The notes beneath the pieces were generated by a model that ran no database searches, was not told where the DNA came from, and saw only the letters and a list, made by a program, of their open reading frames with translations. Of a DNA stretch of 15,873 nucleotides, positions 1 through 8,477 are shown piece after piece. Origin of the DNA: Thermoproteota archaeon (GTDB lineage Archaea; Korarchaeota; Korarchaeia; Korarchaeales; Korarchaeaceae); assembly GCA_037917625.1 (NCBI GenBank), contig JAVCBY010000034.1:1-15873 (forward strand), read 5' to 3'. A program made the position numbers and the translations under genes. Within the stretch, counting starts at the first letter, position 1, and the number at the start of each line of letters is the position of its first letter.

Positions 1-31
1 ATTGAAACATTTACCGTAACTGTGTATCCGT

Positions 32-3000
32 CTTTCAATCCTCTTTTCATCGAGACAGTTGGAACGAATCTGGACATACGTTTAGGGGATCGATCTTTCA
101 ATCCTCTTTTCATCGAGACAGGAGCTAAAATAGGCACTAAAATCGTTGTAATCAACCTTTCAATCCTCTTTTCATCGAGACGTCGGTGGGGCTTCCGCCG
201 CCAGGAGATCGAGCCCCACAACTTTCAATCCTCTTTTCATCGAGACGTAATTCTGTCCGAAATCTGGGCTCTCCGATGCGTTATCACAGCTCTTTCAATC
301 CTCTTTTCATCGAGACTTTGTACTGGTTTGTTATCGTGAGATTGTACTCGTCTGCTTTCAATCCTCTTTTCATCGAGACTTGAATTTCCAGCAAAGGCGG
401 ACATCATCCAGCTTGATGCTTTCAATCCTCTTTTCATCGAGACGTTGAACGCTACGGATTTTGAAGACACAACATTGACAGCTACTTTCAATCCTCTTTT
501 CATCGAGACTCTCACTTCCTCGCGGAACCGTGACAGAAAGCGGGTAACTTTCAATCCTCTTTTCATCGAGACCAGATAAATTTATAAAACAGTACTCTCT
601 TTGTAATGTCTTTCAATCCTCTTTTCATCGAGACCAAAAGTTCGCAAAACTCCAGGACCTCCTGATTTTAGCTTTCAATCCTCTTTTCATCGAGACTCCC
701 AAATTGTGTAGCTTGATGTTATGTTGAACGTAGTCTTTCAATCCTCTTTTCATCGAGACGCTGTTAGATGGCTTATCTTGCCAAGATTGTCAATGAGACT
801 TTCAATCCTCTTTTCATCGAGACTTTCAATATTTTTTTTACCCTTGTGAAGGACATAAATCTTTCAATCCTCTTTTCATCGAGACATGAAAAAGAGGGTA
901 TCCCGTTGACAAATATGGTAAATCTTTCAATCCTCTTTTCATCGAGACTTTCTGTATCGATTTTCGATGTAGGTTTATAAATCTATATCTTTCAATCCTC
1001 TTTTCATCGAGACTGAGAATAGTAAGCCTAAACTCACACCTAACGTTTTGGCCTTTCAATCCTCTTTTCATCGAGACGTCCTTCCCGAAACTTCACTAAG
1101 AATTACTCTAACACCACTTTCAATCCTCTTTTCATCGAGACTTAAGCCCTTGTCAGCCTGGTTAGTTAAGTTCAATTTTTCTTTCAATCCTCTTTTCATC
1201 GAGACCCAGTCCACAACTAAATCGGCTGAATATGCACGTATTGCTTTCAATCCTCTTTTCATCGAGACGAAGAGCTTCTTCCAAAATGGGATATTCAAGC
1301 GTTACTTTCAATCCTCTTTTCATCGAGACACTGTAGAACTAGAACAATACTCATTGCAAATCCGGTCAACTTTCAATCCTCTTTTCATCGAGACGATCGA
1401 TTACTGAGCCTCCACAATCGAAAAGCTTTCCTACTTTCAATCCTCTTTTCATCGAGACTGATTATGTCTGCGACATCCAGCAGCCCCCCTCCTAGGCTTT
1501 CAATCCTCTTTTCATCGAGACATGTGAGTAGCGGAGGGACTTTAGACATAAGAGCCTACAGCTTTCAATCCTCTTTTCATCGAGACTGGGAGACATCTCC
1601 ACGCCTTTGTCTTCCCCCTCCAGGACTTTCAATCCTCTTTTCATCGAGACTGAAGAGAGTGAATATCATACGTTTACTGAGTAGAGGTCTGAGCTGCCTC
1701 CTTTCCTTTCAATCCTCTTTTCATCGAGACTGAAGAGAGTGAATATCATACTGCAGGAGGTAGCTTCCACTTTCAATCCTCTTTTCATCGAGACAGCTTT
1801 AAGTGTTAAGAGAGCTAGCTGTGTACTCGGAGGTAGCTTCCACTTTCAATCCTCTTTTCATCGAGACCAGTATCCCTCAGGGCGGGGGAGGGCCGAGCTT
1901 CAGGTGCTTTCAATCCTCTTTTCATCGAGACAGGGCTCATTATTGACGAAAATGGTGTAATAAGGCTTACTTTCAATCCTCTTTTCATCGAGACGCGATA
2001 AAACACCCGGGGGCTCTGAGAGCTTATGTAAAGCTTTCAATCCTCTTTTCATCGAGACGAGTTTGAAAAGAATTTCGAGGAACTTGAGAAGAAAACTTTC
2101 AATCCTCTTTTCATCGAGACGCACCAGGGATGAGGAGAGTGAGGGAGCTCTCTCTAGACTTTCAATCCTCTTTTCATCGAGACAAAGTAAGCTCTGGAAC
2201 GTACACGCTAGCGTATTTAGCTTTCAATCCTCTTTTCATCGAGACCTGGGCTCAGCAGGAGGATAGCCCTCCCACTATACTGCTCTTTCAATCCTCTTTT
2301 CATCGAGACACATCCAATCTGTGCTCGTGGCCCCCATTGAGTATGATACTTTCAATCCTCTTTTCATCGAGACCAGAATATTGCCCAACGCCCCGAAATA
2401 GTACTTAAAACTTTCAATCCTCTTTTCATCGAGACGAGGTGTGGTCGATAAGGGGCCACACCTACCGCGTATTTAGCTTTCAATCCTCTTTTCATCGAGA
2501 CTTCGACAATTGGTTATTACTCAATCTGTGCGGTTGCTGTCTTTCAATCCTCTTTTCATCGAGACGGGAAAGAGGCCTGAGCTGGCTGATGAAGCATATC
2601 AAGTGCTTTCAATCCTCTTTTCATCGAGACGACATCCCATATGAGAAGTTGTATGACTGGTTGATGAGAGCTTTCAATCCTCTTTTCATCGAGACCCATG
2701 TGAGGCCTCCAGCAGCAGAACTCAGGAAAAAAGCTTTCAATCCTCTTTTCATCGAGACGTAAGCACAACCCCGCCACCCACAATGGGCTACCTCTTAGCT
2801 TTCAATCCTCTTTTCATCGAGACCTATGAGAACACGTTATAGATTTAGTAGTGGCGGATCAACCTTTCAATCCTCTTTTCATCGAGACTGGCTCTTTCCG
2901 CTTCCTCTAGGGGCTAAAATAACTGCTGACTTTCAATCCTCTTTTCATCGAGACAAAATGAAACTCGTTTACTTTGCCGAGAGCGAGAGGGGCTTTCAAT

Positions 3001-3845
3001 CCTCTTTTCATCGAGACTGAGGTTTCACGACAACAATATTGTTTATCTTTTCATTCCTTTCAATCCTCTTTTCATCGAGACACAATTATGGGTGGTGTCA
3101 GTAGCGTTAATGCAATTTCGCTTTCAATCCTCTTTTCATCGAGACAAGCCGAGATAAGCTGTATCTGAGCTCTCTGTGGCAATTCTTTCAATCCTCTTTT
3201 CATCGAGACCACCCTTTCCGGTGATGAGCAGATCATAAGGGTCGTGGTCTTTCAATCCTCTTTTCATCGAGACAAGCAGTTGAGTCAACATTTTAGCAGT
3301 TGATGCATGTCCTACTTTCAATCCTCTTTTCATCGAGAAGAGCTTAGGGCTAGAGCTACCTGTGACTGTGAACACTTACTTTCAATCCTCTTTTCATCGA
3401 GAACTACGCCACGCCCCCGAAGACCAAAAAATGACAAAAAATTCTTTCAATCCTCTTTTCATCGAGAAGCAAGGATCTATGTAGGGGTACTTCTGGAGAG
3501 AGAAGCTGCTTTCAATCCTCTTTTCATCGAGAAGTATTCAAGTTCCCGCCCTCTCCCCTATTCATTCCTAACTTTCAATCCTCTTTTCATCGAGAAGACC
3601 CCCTCCACGTTCTCCGTCGTGAGCCTCTCAGCCCCTTTCAATCCTCTTTTCATCGAGAACATATGGGAATACGAAAGAGACGTGGCCTCTTCTAGATCTT
3701 TCAATCCTCTTTTCATCGAGAACTGAATATCATTGCTGAGTTGCATTATCTAGGGCTTCTTTCAATCCTCTTTTCATCGAGAACGGCGCTCTCTCCGAAA
3801 GAAGGGATGATCGTGCTATTCTTTCAATCCTCTTTTCATCGAGAA
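32..3845 (-). CRISPR. CRISPR array, 60 repeats of 25 nt (+ strand CTTTCAATCCTCTTTTCATCGAGAC/A) and 59 complete spacers; probably truncated by the left window edge
   Basis: Repeats counted by hand from 32-56 to 3821-3845. Spacers are mostly 36-41 nt (outliers 45, 48, 55). The minus-strand repeat GTCTCGATGAAAAGAGGATTGAAAG ends in the canonical ATTGAAAG handle, and the leader/promoter is at the right end. Repeats 1-51 end GAGAC; repeats 52-60 end GAGAA. Confidence 0.99.
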
Positions 3846-4030
3846 CATATACTCTAACACTCTAGATATCACGGATAGCCTCTATTTAACCTTTTCTGTG
3901 AACCCCCCTCCCGAACATATAACGCGGGAGTAAATCCTTAAAAGGCATCCCCGGTATGTTCGAGTAAAAGTTTATATATCTTCACTAGTCCCACGCAGCA
4001 AGCGTTCGCGAGGGCGTAAATGTTCGAGAG
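3846..4030 (-). promoter_or_regulatory. CRISPR leader (distal boundary approximate)
   Basis: Non-coding region adjoining the last repeat on the cas side. It contains a BRE/TATA oriented into the array and repeated CGAACAT-type motifs. Confidence 0.85.
3883..3896 (-). promoter_or_regulatory. Archaeal BRE + TATA box for pre-crRNA transcription
   Basis: Minus strand reads GAAAAGG-TTAAATA, about 37 nt upstream of the first repeat. Confidence 0.7.
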
Positions 4031-4250
4031 CTATTCTATCGTTGAAAGGCAGCTATAGGGCTTATAGTTGGATTTCTCTCCTTTCAACACGTGAATATCA
4101 AAAAATAAGGTAGATAATGGAGTTAAGAGATGTTTGGATGATAGAGAACTTCTTTCACCTCCTAAAACTGTCGGAAAATGTGCTAATTCTCATTCTATAG
4201 TTATTTTGAAGTACCATGAATAACAGGATTATTGCAATTACTTTTACACC

Positions 4251-4290
4251 AAAAAAGTTATCTTTATTTAAGCGATAGACTCATAAAAAA
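4251..4290 (-). terminator. Putative oligo-T terminator(s) of the interference operon
   Basis: Two T6 runs on the minus strand (4285-4290, 4251-4256) just after the cas3'' stop. Confidence 0.35.
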
Positions 4291-4292
4291 CT

Positions 4293-5054
4293 CTAAATAT
4301 TTAAGTATAGTTTGCAAAACTCATCTACCACGTCACCGAATTTCGTCCCCCCACCTCTCCTACTTGCCGATATGTAATCAACGCTAACGAGTGATACTAA
4401 AGTTAGATATGACAGTCTCTTCAGGACTACATCTTTTTCTTTTCCTGAGATATAGATACTAAAAAAATCTTTACAGATCTCGTGGAATGTCCGCCCCATA
4501 TCATTTATCTTAATTGAGCCCCTCTCAATACTACCTTTAAGCTCACTTATAACCGAGTCAAGTAATTTTCTCTCCTCCTTAGAGAGAGCATCTTTTCTTA
4601 AGAAAGACAGCTCGTCTCTGAGGTCCTCCAGGAGGCTAGGATTCAGCTTGACTTGTTTTATCCTCTCTAACCTCTTCGAGATATCCATCGGATGGTGGTG
4701 GAATGCTACGGCGAATAACGCTGGTTTCAATACACTAAATCCCTCAAGGTCATTAAGTTTCCTCTTCACAATTAATTTCCTGAACTTAGAGAGTAAATAT
4801 GTTGAGAAGATTTCGTGTCCTGCAAAGCTTATCGAATCTCTCTGATATAAGAATTTACTTTGATAAAAAGCTTTACCTAAATCGTGAAAGACTACGGACA
4901 ATCTGACCTCATCGATGAAATCTTTATCGAGAGAGAGGCCCACTCTCCCTATCCTAGAACTCTCTAATTTCTCCAAGAGGTGGAGGCAGCTGTTTATATG
5001 CTCCGATAGATACTCTGTTACGGGAGGCTTATGATAACTGAGGATCCTTCCCAT
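4293..5054 (-). CDS. cas3'': CRISPR-associated HD nuclease Cas3''
   Basis: Motifs LSEH, FHDLGKA, GHEIFS, FHHH, VDYISA of the Cas3 HD domain; overlaps the end of cas3'. Confidence 0.95.
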   Translation of the reverse strand: MGRILSYHKPPVTEYLSEHINSCLHLLEKLESSRIGRVGLSLDKDFIDEVRLSVVFHDLGKAFYQSKFLYQRDSISFAGHEIFSTYLLSKFRKLIVKRKLNDLEGFSVLKPALFAVAFHHHPMDISKRLERIKQVKLNPSLLEDLRDELSFLRKDALSKEERKLLDSVISELKGSIERGSIKINDMGRTFHEICKDFFSIYISGKEKDVVLKRLSYLTLVSLVSVDYISASRRGGGTKFGDVVDEFCKLYLNI

Positions 5055-6795
5055 GTCCCATCACCATTCCCAATTCCTCGTCATAATCCCCCTCCACCAA
5101 GAACGCAACGAACTTAGATGAGAGGACACGCCTTAATACGTTTCTTGCATCTACCCCGTTTTCTGGCTGATTGTCGAACTTAGATGAGAGGACACGCCTT
5201 AATACACTCTTCTTTCTCTCGTTCCAGAGCTTCTCAGCGGACTCCTTTATTACCTTCCCCTCCTCTTCAATGAGCATCTCCCCGGGCTTTATCCTATATA
5301 CAACGGATAAGCTCATGGGGACTAGAAGATCCCTCAATTCACTTATGGGCATATCTTCTCTCCATAAGGAGCTGGGAACTACCGGGACTAGCGTGCTATC
5401 TCTCACGAAACTCCCCTCCAATTCTTCTATGAATATCTTAATCACTCGATTAGAGCTCTCTAAGATGCTCTCTAGGGAAATTAATTCCCGCACATCTCCG
5501 GGGCTTAAGTTGAAGGAGCTCTCATCATAAACACTATCTAGAAGGGTTTGGTAACTTTCCGGATCGTGAAATCTCACCTCATTCCCCTCGAGGAAGTCAA
5601 GAGTTCTCTCAAGGAGATCCATATCATATATGCCCTTGTACTTCCCGCCCTCTCCCTCCTCATGCCAGAGGAAGATCATCCCCTCCCCTTCCCCTCTGTA
5701 CCTCAGGAACCTCCCCAGCCTCTGGATCAGAGATGAGGCTGGAGCTAGATCGGATATGAAGAGGTCCGAGGATATATCGATGCCTGCTTCTATAACTTGC
5801 GTCGAGACTATCAGATACTCCTCCTTACTCTTCAACTCCTCAATCCTTCTCATCTTCTCCTCCCTATCCTTCCCTGAGAACCTAGAGTGGAGGAGGAGCA
5901 TCCTATCTTTTCGCAATTCCAATCTATCCCTCGCAAGCCTATAGAACTCGATAGCTTCATTAACTGTGTTGAAGACGACGATAGCTCTTCTAAATCCTTC
6001 TCTCATGCCCCTCTTTATCCAATCCGAGATCCTCTCGAACTTATCGCCCCCGAGCTTCTCCAAATTTGCGTCATACCTCTTCTTCCCTCTCTCCTCAAGG
6101 AACATGTTATCGGGATCCTCTGAGAATCTAGTAATCTGGAGATCGATGTCCTTACATTCCCTCCTCAGGAGGCTCTCCAGAGCCTTAGGGATTGTCGCCG
6201 ACATGAAGGTAGCTCTCCCCCCATGAGAGGCCACTATCCAGATGAGGGAGATCAGGAAGTTCAGAGACTTCGTCGTATCTGATAGGAGATGGACTTCATC
6301 GAGCACTAAATCTGAGAGAAGGACCATAGCTCTGGAGAAGAGATAATGCCCCATGCTCCCAGTTAGAGTCCCATCATAGTACTTGAGGACCATCTCTAAG
6401 TCCTCAGGAGCTATGCCGAAGAGAGTTAGGGAGAGAGTATCGACTGTAGTGAGAGTAATGGGTCTTATCAAATATCTCGATTCTGGATAATGCATATATC
6501 TAGCTCCGACGAGCCTTTCATCGAAATTAAGTTTACGTAACATCCCTCTGAACTTAAATAGCTGATCCTCGAGGAGGGTCCTCAAGGGGTATGAGATCAC
6601 ACACTTTAATCCCTCCTCCAAAGACCTGAGCGCGATCGCTTGAGAGATCGCAGATTTCCCATAGCCCGTAGGCGCCTCTATGACTGAGATTCTGCTATCT
6701 TCAGCTTTCTTTATAGCGAAGTTGAGGAAGGGCCTATCCTCCCTCTCCGGTAATGTTGAGAGAACGCATTCCAAGTAGTGAGATAAGCTAGCCAA
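5029..6795 (-). CDS. cas3': CRISPR-associated SF2 helicase Cas3'
   Basis: APTGYGKS (Walker A), DEVH, MSAT, LHSRF, STQVIEAGIDIS, QRLGR; TTG start preceded by a GGAGGTGA RBS. Confidence 0.96.
   Translation of the reverse strand: MASLSHYLECVLSTLPEREDRPFLNFAIKKAEDSRISVIEAPTGYGKSAISQAIALRSLEEGLKCVISYPLRTLLEDQLFKFRGMLRKLNFDERLVGARYMHYPESRYLIRPITLTTVDTLSLTLFGIAPEDLEMVLKYYDGTLTGSMGHYLFSRAMVLLSDLVLDEVHLLSDTTKSLNFLISLIWIVASHGGRATFMSATIPKALESLLRRECKDIDLQITRFSEDPDNMFLEERGKKRYDANLEKLGGDKFERISDWIKRGMREGFRRAIVVFNTVNEAIEFYRLARDRLELRKDRMLLLHSRFSGKDREEKMRRIEELKSKEEYLIVSTQVIEAGIDISSDLFISDLAPASSLIQRLGRFLRYRGEGEGMIFLWHEEGEGGKYKGIYDMDLLERTLDFLEGNEVRFHDPESYQTLLDSVYDESSFNLSPGDVRELISLESILESSNRVIKIFIEELEGSFVRDSTLVPVVPSSLWREDMPISELRDLLVPMSLSVVYRIKPGEMLIEEEGKVIKESAEKLWNERKKSVLRRVLSSKFDNQPENGVDARNVLRRVLSSKFVAFLVEGDYDEELGMVMGHGKDPQLS
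5109..5205. repeat. Perfect 31-bp direct repeat (5109-5139, 5175-5205) flanking a 35-bp unique segment within cas3'
   Basis: CGAACTTAGATGAGAGGACACGCCTTAATAC occurs twice; the protein reads VLRRVLSSKF-DNQPENGVDARN-VLRRVLSSKF. Confidence 0.97.
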
Positions 6796-7303
6796 GGTGA
6801 CTCACCTCCTGCGAGCCCCTCTGAGGAGATATAGTCCTCTGCTCGCTAAAATGGAAAGCCTTCCATGGTACGCTGGAGACGTGCCTTAAATCTTTAATGC
6901 ATTCAATCATATGAAATTGCAGCCACGATCTCGAGCTTCCAGGGACTACCCTCAATGACCTCTCTAAGCCGTGTATTTTCTGGATATCTTCTCCAGATTT
7001 CCGGATTAAATATTTTAGAAATTTCCCGTGACACTGCTGGACGTGAAAACATGAATCACTAGAAAACGATTCGGAAGTTCGCAAAAAGGTGCCGCTTCCC
7101 ATCCCACAAAAAGCATCGCAATGCTCGCATCTCCCAGTCTCCTTATAGACGCATCCATGGAAGGGAGATTTAAGGCAGTAATTCTCACAAAATTCTCCCT
7201 TGCATATCCCCCCACTTTTTACTTTCGCTGAAGTGATCCAGATTTTATAGGCAATAGACTCATTGAAGTCCTTTATAGCCACTTCAATCCACTCAGAAGG
7301 CAT
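6788..7303 (-). CDS. Hypothetical cysteine-rich (putative metal-binding) protein, 171 aa, inside the Cascade operon
   Basis: The ORF exactly fills the cas8a-cas3' gap, overlapping the cas8a stop (11 nt) and the cas3' start (8 nt). It has 10 Cys; I recognise no family. Confidence 0.7.
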   Translation of the reverse strand: MPSEWIEVAIKDFNESIAYKIWITSAKVKSGGICKGEFCENYCLKSPFHGCVYKETGRCEHCDAFCGMGSGTFLRTSESFSSDSCFHVQQCHGKFLKYLIRKSGEDIQKIHGLERSLRVVPGSSRSWLQFHMIECIKDLRHVSSVPWKAFHFSEQRTISPQRGSQEVSHLG

Positions 7304-8477
7304 AGGAGATTTCCCTCTGTATACTAGCGTATCTCTTCGCCCTAGCCTGAGCCCTCTTGTCTCCTCCCTCGAGGATCTTGCAGGCCTCCTCTAATGATCT
7401 TAAGAATCCGAAAAGGCCTTGAGTATCTCCTAGGGATACGAACCTATAGAGATCCAAGACCCCTCTGAGGACGGCGTCGGCCTCACTATATTTATTTTTT
7501 TGATTGAAGGATCTCAATGCTTCCATTATTACATCGTTAGGTGATAAAGCTTCATGAAGTTTTTCACACAACTTATCCGCTCTGATCCCTCGCTCAGCGA
7601 GGATCGTATAGAACATCGGCTCCCTGTATACGGAAATGGGGACCGTCTCATATATCTTGTAAGTCATCCCCCCCTCGGGAGATATCTTGAAGACATTGAA
7701 ATCCACTTTATCCAGATTCATTTTCATGAGCTCAGATCTTATTTTAGTGCTCAACATCACCTCGAGGACCATGACTTCACTAGTGACAGAGCTCCTGAGA
7801 GTTTCCGAGAGCAGTTCCCTCAAACTTTCCTTAATTGAGTAAATGTTAGTTAATCTGAGTGGATCTCCGGAGGCAAGTATACTAGTGGCCTCATCCGGTG
7901 AGAGGAAGAGGAAGTAGTGATAAGTACTATCCTGTGCTCTGACGGTCGTTATGTGCGATGAGTATACTCCGAGGAGACCTATCAGGATGATCTCAGGGGA
8001 GGCCTTGAGACCTAATTGCTCTGAAGTCGTCTTCATCTCTAGCGTTGAGAACCCGGTATATCTATCAACTTTGAATAGTTGGGGTGCTGCTAGCTCACTT
8101 CTCTCCGCATCTAATGACATGTTCCTTCCTTTAATCTCAGCTTTTACTACTATCTTATCCCTATTAATGGATATGCTCCTACACTGTTCCTTTAATAACT
8201 TCAATAACTCTCTATAAGTTTTCTTAAGAGGCCCCTCCTTTATCCCTAAATTCTCTAAAAATTTACCTATTTTATCATTTCCTGTTAATGCTATTGATAG
8301 TCCCTCCACTTTACTCTCCTCAATACTACCGTAAGCTCTGCAGAGGAAATCGTCCGGTAGCTCCACGCGATCAAGACTAAATGATCCACGTACTTGATTT
8401 AGGATGTAGAGGATCCCCTCATAAATTACTCCACTGAGGAACGTGGAATCGAGGGGTACTCCTAGTTCTAATATCAT
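7293..8477 (-). CDS. cas8a: Type I-A Cascade large subunit, Cas8a family (Csa4/Csx9-like)
   Basis: About 394 aa, in the position between cas5 and cas3'; ATG at 8477 forms an ATGA overlap with the cas5 stop. Assignment rests mainly on synteny and size. Confidence 0.75.
   Translation of the reverse strand: MILELGVPLDSTFLSGVIYEGILYILNQVRGSFSLDRVELPDDFLCRAYGSIEESKVEGLSIALTGNDKIGKFLENLGIKEGPLKKTYRELLKLLKEQCRSISINRDKIVVKAEIKGRNMSLDAERSELAAPQLFKVDRYTGFSTLEMKTTSEQLGLKASPEIILIGLLGVYSSHITTVRAQDSTYHYFLFLSPDEATSILASGDPLRLTNIYSIKESLRELLSETLRSSVTSEVMVLEVMLSTKIRSELMKMNLDKVDFNVFKISPEGGMTYKIYETVPISVYREPMFYTILAERGIRADKLCEKLHEALSPNDVIMEALRSFNQKNKYSEADAVLRGVLDLYRFVSLGDTQGLFGFLRSLEEACKILEGGDKRAQARAKRYASIQREISYAF

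Noticed and set aside
1-8. ATTGAAAC at the window start resembles the 3' end of an opposite-orientation repeat
   Set aside because: It lies only 23 nt from repeat 1, so it most likely belongs to a truncated spacer; this cannot be judged without upstream sequence.
3274-3314. Internal 9-nt direct repeat AGCAGTTGA in spacer 51 at the repeat-variant boundary
   Set aside because: The spacer is of normal length; this is probably a feature of the protospacer.
22-3746. Numerous ORFs across the CRISPR array
   Set aside because: They are translations of repeats and spacers (FNPLFIET, LSILFSSR, SMKRGLK), not genes.
57-3820. Self-targeting spacers within the window
   Set aside because: By eye I found only matches of about 10 nt or less (e.g. 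GTAGAGGTCT at 1681-1690 vs 14386-14395), which is expected by chance; a genome-wide search was not possible.
4293-5054. cas3'' looks more AT-rich than cas3' (possible module swap)
   Set aside because: Impression from a few lines only; needs computed GC/codon statistics and phylogeny.
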